Position numbers and translations under genes: made by a program. Positions 57,901 through 64,000 of a DNA stretch of 64,000 nt are shown here, piece by piece. The DNA comes from a virus (Duplodnaviria; Caudoviricetes): the IMG/VR virus record IMGVR_UViG_3300031418_000007. One strand, 5' to 3'. The first letter of the stretch is position 1. Each line of letters begins with the position of its first letter. The notes under the pieces are model-generated. The model did not search any database. It saw only the letters and a list, made by a program, of their open reading frames with translations, and was not told where the DNA came from.

Positions 57901-59594
57901 CAGTGCGTGGAAATGCTGATACCAGCAAGGTCAACCTGAGTGGTGTTAAACCGTCTGCGGGCGGTAATGACACCGGCGTCAGCGTGCCGCGCAATGCGGC
58001 TGAACAGCTGATCATCAAAGAGATGTTAGCACAGGGCTTAACTGATCCACGCTTGATTGCTGAAGCGTTGGCATTAACGAACTACGAATCACAGGGCTAC
58101 TCTCAAACCACCGAGAACATGCGCTACCGTGATCCGGGTCGTTTAATGGAGCTGTTCAAAAATGTCACCGACATGGGAACGGCCCAGCAGTTAGTTCAGG
58201 CAGGTCCGCAGGCTATCGCTAACTTTGTTTACGGCGGCGGCAAGGGCGTGTCGTTGGGCAACGTCAACGAAGGCGATGGGTGGATGTACCGTGGACGTGG
58301 ATTTATCCAGTTAACGGGTCGTGCCAACTATCGTAAGTTCGGTAAGATGATCGGTGTTGATCTTGAGAAGAACCCTGAACTGGCTTCAACTGACCCACGG
58401 GTTATGGCGAAGCTGGCAGTGGCGTTTATCAAGGACAACAAACAGCTGATGTCAATTACCAGCACCAACAACTTCGGTCACGCTGCGCGCGGATTGAATG
58501 GCGGTAACGCGCTGCCGGGCATGGAGAAACGTTTTGCGATGTTCAAGGACTACCTTGCGCGTCTCAGCAACGGTTCTCTCACGGCAGACGGTGCAGGTGA
58601 CCCAGGCAACGATCTGGCAGCTAAAGGTCGGGCTGAAACGGAAGCGGCTACTGGCGGTATGGATCAACCTGCATTGCCAGCGCCGAAGCCTACAGGCAAT
58701 GACGCTAGCGTTAACGTGGGTACTACACCGGTATCGATTCCACAGAACCCAGGCTTGGGTGGCGGTAAACTGCCACCGATGTCGGGCTTTGGTTTAGGTG
58801 GCGGTTCGCCTAACGGTGGAGCAGGGGCAGGTTATCAGCAAGTCGGAGACACCACGGCAGTTGCGTCGGGTAACCGCACTACTGATTACAAAGACCTTAA
58901 GCTGAAGTCATCTGAAACCACAGGCGGTGGTCCTGTTCATCCAGGTATCGTTCGCTTGTGTCAGGAGATCCAAGCACGGGTTCAGGACTTCATTCGCTTC
59001 ACTGCGTTGAATGACGAATACCACCACAAGGCCAATCCACGGAGCAAACACGCTGTGGGTCTGGCATTGGACTTCACGGTCACAGGTGGTGTGGGTACTT
59101 CTGACTCTGCGGCAAGCATTGTCCAGCAGATCATGGCCAGTGCAGGCATGACGGCTGCGGAATACAAAGTCATCAACGAGTACCGTGTGAAAACAGCAGC
59201 CGGTACCGGCGGTCACATTCATTTCAACTTTGAAAGTGATACCGCGGCTGATAAGTACATGCGGATGGCGGGTCCAGCTTCTGCGGCTCAAATGGGTCGT
59301 GTGGCAACGGATGCAGCAACGGCGGCACCAGATGGCAATGCAGCCGCACCTGCGGCAGCGCCTCAACGTGCAGCACCTACTGCGTCTCCTGCACCACAAC
59401 AGACACCAGCACCAACGCCTACAGCGGCACCAGCAGCTACGCCACAGGCGACCTCTCAGGAAGCCCCACTGGATCCACAAGTATTGGCGTCAGCCATGAA
59501 AGCGGGTTCAGGTGGTGTAGAAGAACTGTTGAAGCAGTTGATCGATGTGGTCAAGCGACAAAACACGACTACACCTTCGGTAATACCGAAATAA
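51960..59594 (+). CDS. Tail tape measure protein with C-terminal GH19-like and peptidase M15-like domains
   Basis: 2544 aa, helical, with TM segments; YRGRGFIQLTGRANY (GH19); SKHAVGLALDF...GHIH (M15); divergent from vRNAP beta' as for phiKZ gp181. Confidence 0.88.
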   Translation: MSDNFEFDDPFDGDLNFDSDFDSGKKGSKLKSFAIGFLGGAKDALVGSTDAKLKTVKMALPESFNGTFQFINDTRRIYSDIKEEVKKGTADSMRDLQYLVGQKEDAIKSKLPSSLSNKIDEFSKYDFSNWDNSSSSGSSDKDGMEQTSDQDVTDVVEATRASSMMTMTGLRSLGREITDALIVTGGAQNANLQGIAVGIAKTNGYLKQMVDYQVKVQSRNDAMKINLLARIHLTNAKFYKFMEAANHRLITEVKDVAKFSRMPDFQKMSMGDEVRKRIRGSFFNTMRGGAGGIMGLINDRVGAAARQNGYYGLNNLTSQLSMVGGMTDGMSSRDLSEMMGSMVGGSMIDALPRLLKGKGGDKLRARFAKAFPEFSKKVGGQYDKLNTMGHQMSYGLNNLEGLFNTLSANYQGGSLFGDDDETQTYADYKASLPQGEKPVPEFVWKSQRWLKKNANKGLGVVLDNTYGSNKTKYDLKGRTYADGAEAHVYTRQTDRSINEIFPAWFSRIHLSLEKMRTGNNNLQPETYDWTKGKFITAKGAKAMALREVYGSQVLGSAVYSSKAAADVVDEKGVLTDKAKQELGFQLAKKSDSGMGFSPYHLLNLEKDGVDPKIAEEIRAMTLENFGISPEQIDRFQNGNDADRAKLLAVMTGKGAALANKALPFVQDIKRGIYDTNDNIDRLRNSGHYQALRDAGVIITRNGREEIDDEKMWKMFRMQQTDENFDKKLRGEQEKGYDVEQGETVNQRGGVTNNNVNNNFGDLTTTLTELNQTIKNGSGGVSGGGVNYSQSLSMVNTQLDKLIGIQTSHTDLFQKILEKQPGIIRRSKREQKEEEQGKKSLLDRIKGISPRNLFNKGVETLLNNEPLILGGLLGGLGAYALHDPKAAALVGAGGLAMAGYSKLRSMNANRFADTEDLYENPGDEEPLLSGERLRKGDYFDSATRKVLKTWNDVSSAVIDAAGNVVASARQLAQKLFGVDGRARLLRGLNKMRELGMKLFNAIDPFGRASKAGKAVMTRFYQMDVFRQGEKSPVLLGKKMGKGWYYKLDANGKAEEIKGWNEIDGPVYDKEGECLITQDDYDRGLVTSMGTNINKLGELSKRAGIFGLDLLGKAKDRAVAGGKKAYDKTASMIKADYSPIVNSVDRIYHLLCQKFGMEPQDIGLLEKMDVVKHLQDQHAPKEDEEAKKDGIRLNSLEDEKRQAKEKKSEAVQDAIINISDSLGGIANKKEEKKKPKGLLGLLFGGVGLVKGFMEKLFGKTLMNGLGTLFKFAGVGLKSLPLIGGGITKLASFFTGGGRDPGVEDLINEGGEGAGSGEREGETRKERKERERKKKANRERRERERADRLRGGGGTDEDLERDLRNQGRRRRVRRGRRFGGLRNAARGLGAMNPRTAILKAGLLYAGGQAAGELMDNDTLSTAGNVLAGYSVASSLAGAVGVDIGVGALASAAGTGLAAAGTAAATVLASPVVLAGLAVAGAGLAGYGIYKWYTKGKYRQVDIRFAQYGLEDPDCDLGKKIFSIEQLLVKHVVINNGSASFSTDTPIQQVFQLLQAGTDGKQNGEMGDIFSWFNGRFKPVFLTYMSCLDTLRIKSLEEFDKLTDKKAYDIAYQASQAIAAIQPSPYVVTPSIDPHDKLMAQDETVATVGKYLQELKKYLSSSDDATVRDVALKVESKEGLEKEKTALQEKLKNTSFWGLDGKTGFMEQRQAKSRLKEIDEEVSKMNDAYGQGKVAGTVDVKDLIPENGIIDPFTLIRFNAYGVSLSFGKEFGVETFPTWKFQAIAHLERRVEGMIKIIGKDARFLGKTGDLFNEFKAAFRIKDDKANDWCLWFRDRFLPVLMNYYKLYNGYGNGAPGTGWMNLTATAKYQIVLGLIDTRIVTPKKTFIPIWSVRTSPFSEGISVGKLPEVDKLVNALQELSNRAKLRNPILEAQQTSAKQLVNQTTAHAVGGASTDKLSAGGNPQNRNDLAMDTQFTMPQQNYAPVRGNADTSKVNLSGVKPSAGGNDTGVSVPRNAAEQLIIKEMLAQGLTDPRLIAEALALTNYESQGYSQTTENMRYRDPGRLMELFKNVTDMGTAQQLVQAGPQAIANFVYGGGKGVSLGNVNEGDGWMYRGRGFIQLTGRANYRKFGKMIGVDLEKNPELASTDPRVMAKLAVAFIKDNKQLMSITSTNNFGHAARGLNGGNALPGMEKRFAMFKDYLARLSNGSLTADGAGDPGNDLAAKGRAETEAATGGMDQPALPAPKPTGNDASVNVGTTPVSIPQNPGLGGGKLPPMSGFGLGGGSPNGGAGAGYQQVGDTTAVASGNRTTDYKDLKLKSSETTGGGPVHPGIVRLCQEIQARVQDFIRFTALNDEYHHKANPRSKHAVGLALDFTVTGGVGTSDSAASIVQQIMASAGMTAAEYKVINEYRVKTAAGTGGHIHFNFESDTAADKYMRMAGPASAAQMGRVATDAATAAPDGNAAAPAAAPQRAAPTASPAPQQTPAPTPTAAPAATPQATSQEAPLDPQVLASAMKAGSGGVEELLKQLIDVVKRQNTTTPSVIPK

Positions 59595-59600
59595 AAAACG

Positions 59601-59622
59601 GGTGGGGTGAAATATCCCCACC
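59601..59622 (+). terminator. Intrinsic terminator
   Basis: GGTGGGG...CCCCACC-TTTTT. Confidence 0.65.
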
Positions 59623-59641
59623 TTTTTCTTTGGAGTTAAAC

Positions 59642-61882
59642 ATGGCTAATAAAGTGGCAGTTAAGGACAAGGACATTCTTGCCCGTTCTTTTAGAATGCT
59701 GTCGTCCGAGTTAAATAACCGTCCTTTGTTGGACAACTTTAACTGGAGCAATTACTTTAACGTATTTAGTAGTGCCACGGGAGATAACCGCTTTGTTAAT
59801 CCGGTGAGCCAATTCTCACCTGCAACTGATCCACGTTATGACCGCTATCAACAAAGCTCTGAAGGCGGCATGGGTCCTATCTATAAAGAGCTTTACGACG
59901 ACAACGCAACCATATTGACATTGGTGCCGGGTGTGCCTGAGTTTGCGGGCCTGTTGAGTTTCATTACCAACATGTTTGACCCCGTGTCAGCGATCATGGC
60001 AAACAAGGGGCGTCGACCTCATCTCTCTTTCTATATTGGGCAGGCGGCGGGTTCTATCGCATTCTGGCCAATGCAGTTAGCCAGCGTGGGCTTGCAGTTC
60101 TTGCAGTTCTTAATGGACAGTCCCAAGAACCGCTTCTACACGGTGAAGTCTGCGATGCCGGAATACATCCAGATGTCCACGGGTGTGTTAAACGACATCA
60201 TGGTAAAACTGGGTTACATTGATCCTGTGTTACCAGCCAATAACAAAACCCAGACTGACTCACTGCACGGCATCTCTCCTGGAGACACCAACAAGAACAA
60301 GATCGCCATGCTGAACCGTCTGTACAGTGACGTTGTGTATGCAGATGGTACGATTGACTTGTTCCGATTGATTACCCGCGGTGCACGTAAACACCGCTAC
60401 CAGATTCAGGCATTGAAAGATGCTGATGAGAACTGGCCAGAGGGTAATACCTTAACGGTGAAAGAAAAGAGCACGTTGGTGCGTAACCTCATGGCGCGTG
60501 CGGCGCAGGAGATTGGTTCTAACCCCAGCGTGGTCAGCGGTAATCCTACTCAGAAACAGATTCAGAAGTATTATGAAACGGTGGGTGCGTACCGTGAAGG
60601 TGAAGGCCTCTATCCAGAAGGTCAGTCGAGCTACCTTAACCAAAACCTCTATGCCAACCCCAATACCACAGCGTACGGGGCAACAGGTGTGGGCGGAGGA
60701 AGTTCTCCTACCGACACAGGCTTAGCGGGCACGGTTAACAAACTCATGACCGAGGTGGGAAGTTCAGATCCGTCTCAAACACCGTCAGCACCGGTTATCC
60801 AGGGTTCCTACAGCTCTACCACGGTGACACAGGCGAACCCCAACGAGCAGGGTAAGGCGGTTAACCTGGATCAGAGCTTAGCAGACTATCCTACGCCGTC
60901 TAACACACCGTACAAGGACGACACTAACTTAGAGAGCAGTTGGGCAGGTGGTGTTGTAGACTACCTTAAAACCGCGCTCAATGGCGGATTAGACGCTATC
61001 TCGTTTCGTGTGGAAGGCGGTGGCGGTCCAACCTCAGATACCTTCAGTAACTCAGCGGGTCCTTCCCCGATTGCCGATAAGTTTAACAGTGTGGTGCGTG
61101 CAGCACATGACTTGAACTTTGACATGGCGGGTGGGGCAACGGGCATTGGAATTATCGACGGTATCGTTGAACGTTTAAAGGATGGTGTGCAGGGTGTACT
61201 AGCAGGATCGGTATTGGGTAACATCCCACTCGCACTGGCCAACAACAGCTACATCAAGGTACCTGACCACTGGCAGAGTTCGTCAGTGAGCCTGCACCGT
61301 GAGTCATACGAGATCGCCAGTTACTGTAACTACGCGCATCCTTATGAGCAGGTCATGAAAATCTGGGTGTTGTTCTCTCTGCTGTTGCCACTGGTTGCAC
61401 CAATCTCAGCGGGTGGTTCTGCATATACCTCTCCACCACTGGTGAAGTCGTTTTGTCAGGGTCGTCAGTTTATTCGTGTGGGCATGGTGGAATCGATTCG
61501 TTTCCAATTCGGAGAAGGTGAAACCGGTTGGACGCGCGACAAGAAACCGCTGAACTTCAAAGCGCAGATCGAGATCGTGGATTTAGAACCACTGGTGTCT
61601 GTACCGATTAACCGTTCTCTTACCGTTATGGACCTCACTAACCCAGCCGCGGCCGTTAAGCGTATTCTCTCGGATGACTCGGCGTACAATGACTACTTGG
61701 GACGTGTGACCGGCATGACCTATTTAGACACGGTGCTGCGTTATCGTCGACTGAACCGCATGATTACCACTGCAGGTTTAAACGTGAAGTCTTCTTTCCG
61801 TGCCGACAACGTGGGCGCAATGCTCAGTGACAACTTGGTGGGAGATATTCTGAAATCTTTCTCTCATCCGTTGGAACGTTAA
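59642..61882 (+). CDS. Tail/baseplate-associated structural protein (phiKZ gp182-like)
   Basis: GGAG RBS before ATG 59642; follows the tape measure gene. Confidence 0.65.
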   Translation: MANKVAVKDKDILARSFRMLSSELNNRPLLDNFNWSNYFNVFSSATGDNRFVNPVSQFSPATDPRYDRYQQSSEGGMGPIYKELYDDNATILTLVPGVPEFAGLLSFITNMFDPVSAIMANKGRRPHLSFYIGQAAGSIAFWPMQLASVGLQFLQFLMDSPKNRFYTVKSAMPEYIQMSTGVLNDIMVKLGYIDPVLPANNKTQTDSLHGISPGDTNKNKIAMLNRLYSDVVYADGTIDLFRLITRGARKHRYQIQALKDADENWPEGNTLTVKEKSTLVRNLMARAAQEIGSNPSVVSGNPTQKQIQKYYETVGAYREGEGLYPEGQSSYLNQNLYANPNTTAYGATGVGGGSSPTDTGLAGTVNKLMTEVGSSDPSQTPSAPVIQGSYSSTTVTQANPNEQGKAVNLDQSLADYPTPSNTPYKDDTNLESSWAGGVVDYLKTALNGGLDAISFRVEGGGGPTSDTFSNSAGPSPIADKFNSVVRAAHDLNFDMAGGATGIGIIDGIVERLKDGVQGVLAGSVLGNIPLALANNSYIKVPDHWQSSSVSLHRESYEIASYCNYAHPYEQVMKIWVLFSLLLPLVAPISAGGSAYTSPPLVKSFCQGRQFIRVGMVESIRFQFGEGETGWTRDKKPLNFKAQIEIVDLEPLVSVPINRSLTVMDLTNPAAAVKRILSDDSAYNDYLGRVTGMTYLDTVLRYRRLNRMITTAGLNVKSSFRADNVGAMLSDNLVGDILKSFSHPLER

Positions 61883-61912
61883 TGTTTAATCACTAAAGTC
61901 ATAATTCCTTGC

Positions 61913-61938
61913 CTACTGCCTCCGCAAGGAGGTGGTAG
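61913..61938 (+). terminator. Intrinsic terminator (GCAA loop)
   Basis: CTACTGCCTCC-GCAA-GGAGGTGGTAG. Confidence 0.65.
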
Positions 61939-62027
61939 TGTGAGGGGAATTGTATGCATTTATTAATGCACAACCACTTAGCAAATTTGCTCGGTGAACC
62001 TTTATTGATTAATACAAGGCTTTTATT

Positions 62028-62948
62028 ATGTCAAATGTACATACCCAAACTATCCCGCTCTATAACAAAGGTGCATTGTCCGCTACAGGTTACCGTATCG
62101 GTTCGGGTTACAACGTCAAGCTGAACTACGGGACTATCGAGCTGGCGTCTAAACCGTCTCTTTACGATTGCATTCTGCACTCTTATATCGGGATTCGTTT
62201 GAAGTCACCCAAGTTCCACGATTGGTTGACTGAAGATCTGCGTACGCAAATACTGAGAGAGCTGGGCGAAATGGACACGTTGATTGACGGTCGCATCACC
62301 AGTTATCGCAATGAGGGACTCAAAGAGATCTTGAGCAAGGGCATGAAGTGGGAAATCAACAATACCCTTCAGCTCAATATCGACCAAGATGATCTTCAGC
62401 CTGAAGAACGAATTCGTGAAGCCAAAGAACTCTTCTTTAACGATTTCCTTAAGGCGCCTAAACTCGTTGTGCATATTCGCATGACCTCACCGTTCAGAGA
62501 CAAAGAAGACCTGTTCGAAGTCTCGCTGTTCGAAGACAAACAGCACGATAAACCTTACATGAGTGTGATGGAAAGCAACCTTCCTTCTTCACTCTTTAAC
62601 AGAGAGTGGATTGATAATGCTCAAAATTCTTTTAACGCTTACCGTCGGGCTAGTGCTCCAGTTCAGCGTGAATTCAACCCAGCAGTGTACCATCCCCTCG
62701 CGCCGCTTCACCCCGGGGTTCAAATGCCAGCACAACAGTTTGGTGTAGAGATCAGCCCCTACACTAATAAGCCCTATCTCCCCGGCACGGGAACACCTGC
62801 TCAGTTCAAGCTCTACGGCAAGACAGGCGACGTTGACATCACGCTCAATGGAAGTACAGTGAGTTTCCAGCCTTCTAATGAAGTGTCCGTTGAAGCGCCC
62901 CAGATCAACATCACGGGCGGTCAGACAGGTTTCGCACCACCGTTATAA
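62028..62948 (+). CDS. Hypothetical protein (306 aa)
   Basis: Isolated ORF between two terminators; Pro/Gly-rich C-terminal part. Confidence 0.7.
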   Translation: MSNVHTQTIPLYNKGALSATGYRIGSGYNVKLNYGTIELASKPSLYDCILHSYIGIRLKSPKFHDWLTEDLRTQILRELGEMDTLIDGRITSYRNEGLKEILSKGMKWEINNTLQLNIDQDDLQPEERIREAKELFFNDFLKAPKLVVHIRMTSPFRDKEDLFEVSLFEDKQHDKPYMSVMESNLPSSLFNREWIDNAQNSFNAYRRASAPVQREFNPAVYHPLAPLHPGVQMPAQQFGVEISPYTNKPYLPGTGTPAQFKLYGKTGDVDITLNGSTVSFQPSNEVSVEAPQINITGGQTGFAPPL

Positions 62949-62979
62949 CTGAACGAGTAACAAAAAAATAAAGTAATGC

Positions 62980-63007
62980 CTACTCCTACCCGCAAGGGTA
63001 GGAGTAG
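62980..63007. terminator. Bidirectional terminator
   Basis: CTACTCCTACCC-GCAA-GGGTAGGAGTAG between convergent genes. Confidence 0.8.
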
Positions 63008-63011
63008 TTAC

Positions 63012-63986
63012 TTATGCTTCGGTTAAAATAGGAACATCCGGGAAATGACCTTTGAACACCTCAATCGCAGGCTGATCAGAGAACACACCCACGCACGCCA
63101 TTAACACCACTAACTCGGGCGCCGTGTTATCGCTGATCAACACCTTCTTCATGTCTTCACTCACTGAGGAGATCAGACCCATGTTCAACACCATACCGAA
63201 CATAGTGGGAGACTTGTACCAGCTGTCACCAAAGATAGAAGTGACCACGCGCAGGAACATCGCCTTGATAGCGGGATATTCACCAGGAGAAGTGTCGTTG
63301 TCCAACACAAAGCTTTGGAACAAGTTAGATGCCAGCCCAGGATACTTGGCGTTGATTGTTGCTTTGCCTTTTGCACTGACCAGATCCAGGACTTTGTTCA
63401 TGCTGACCAGATCGCCGTTTTGCATCATCTGCGGGATAGCGTTAAGCAGGGCAGCTTCGGCATCTTCTGGACTGTTGTACTTGTCCATGATCTTTTCATA
63501 CGCATCACTCATGCCGTACTGTGCGCTCATTTTCATCAATGAGTTATAGTACGAGGCGTTGAAGGTATAATCGGTCAGGGTATTAATACCGGTAGTGCGA
63601 CCCAGCAACGTCAGGAAGCCACTACCCATCTGGTCACGCCAGTTCTTGGTAATACGGAAACCATTGCCATCATTGGTAACCATGTTGCCGAAGTAACCGC
63701 CAGTCAGGTCATTGAACTCACTGTTGGCCATGTCACTGAGTTGATACATCAAGGCATCTTTGCTGCTCAGGTCGATACCAATCTTGTTACCCAGCGAACT
63801 CACCAGCTGATCTTTGTTGAAGCTTACCCCATTGGGTCCCACAGAGAAATACTGCGAGGCGTCTTTGAAGTCTAACAGACCCCCGCTCAACGCACCCACG
63901 ATACTGTCTAGTCCCGAGATAACTTCATCCTTGTAGCCCGAGATAATCCCCGAGACTTTGACTTCACCGGCTTTCAGTGACGCCAC
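63012..63986 (-). CDS. Probable virion structural protein (324 aa)
   Basis: GTG start with AAGGAAGG RBS; phiKZ-like tail-region position. Confidence 0.6.
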   Translation of the reverse strand: MASLKAGEVKVSGIISGYKDEVISGLDSIVGALSGGLLDFKDASQYFSVGPNGVSFNKDQLVSSLGNKIGIDLSSKDALMYQLSDMANSEFNDLTGGYFGNMVTNDGNGFRITKNWRDQMGSGFLTLLGRTTGINTLTDYTFNASYYNSLMKMSAQYGMSDAYEKIMDKYNSPEDAEAALLNAIPQMMQNGDLVSMNKVLDLVSAKGKATINAKYPGLASNLFQSFVLDNDTSPGEYPAIKAMFLRVVTSIFGDSWYKSPTMFGMVLNMGLISSVSEDMKKVLISDNTAPELVVLMACVGVFSDQPAIEVFKGHFPDVPILTEA

Positions 63987-64000
63987 ACCTTCCTTGAGCT

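Noticed and set aside
1-64000. CRISPR array, IS elements or integrase
   Set aside because: No regularly spaced direct repeats and no transposase or recombinase motifs seen.

Overview
This is 64 kb of a nucleus-forming jumbo phage genome (Chimalliviridae, phiKZ/SPN3US-like, probably infecting Enterobacterales). From left to right it carries: the 5' part of chimallin (chmA, which the ORF track misses because it runs off the window), a family-B DNA polymerase subunit, a dense array of small genes, the tubulin PhuZ, a ~1.1 kb ORF-poor and densely base-paired region (candidate large ncRNA), glutaredoxin, tRNA-Ser(GCT) and tRNA-Asn(GTT) with a tRNA-minihelix-like element between them, a minus-strand accessory/early block (including an Ntn/HslV-like protease and a lipoprotein), a plus-strand block with a tandem Tad2/DUF2829-like protein and dTMP kinase, a head protein, terminase with a class 3 intein, baseplate/sheath/tube genes, a second early module of mostly monocistronic genes, the prohead protease, three virion RNA polymerase subunits with an endolysin coupled into their operon, and a 2544-aa tape measure protein with GH19 and M15-like domains. 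The best candidates for something undescribed are the large structured RNA (9190-10260) and the tandem Tad2-like sponge (23232-23864). Homologue names come from recalled motifs and gene order, not database searches, and all RNA helices were found by eye.
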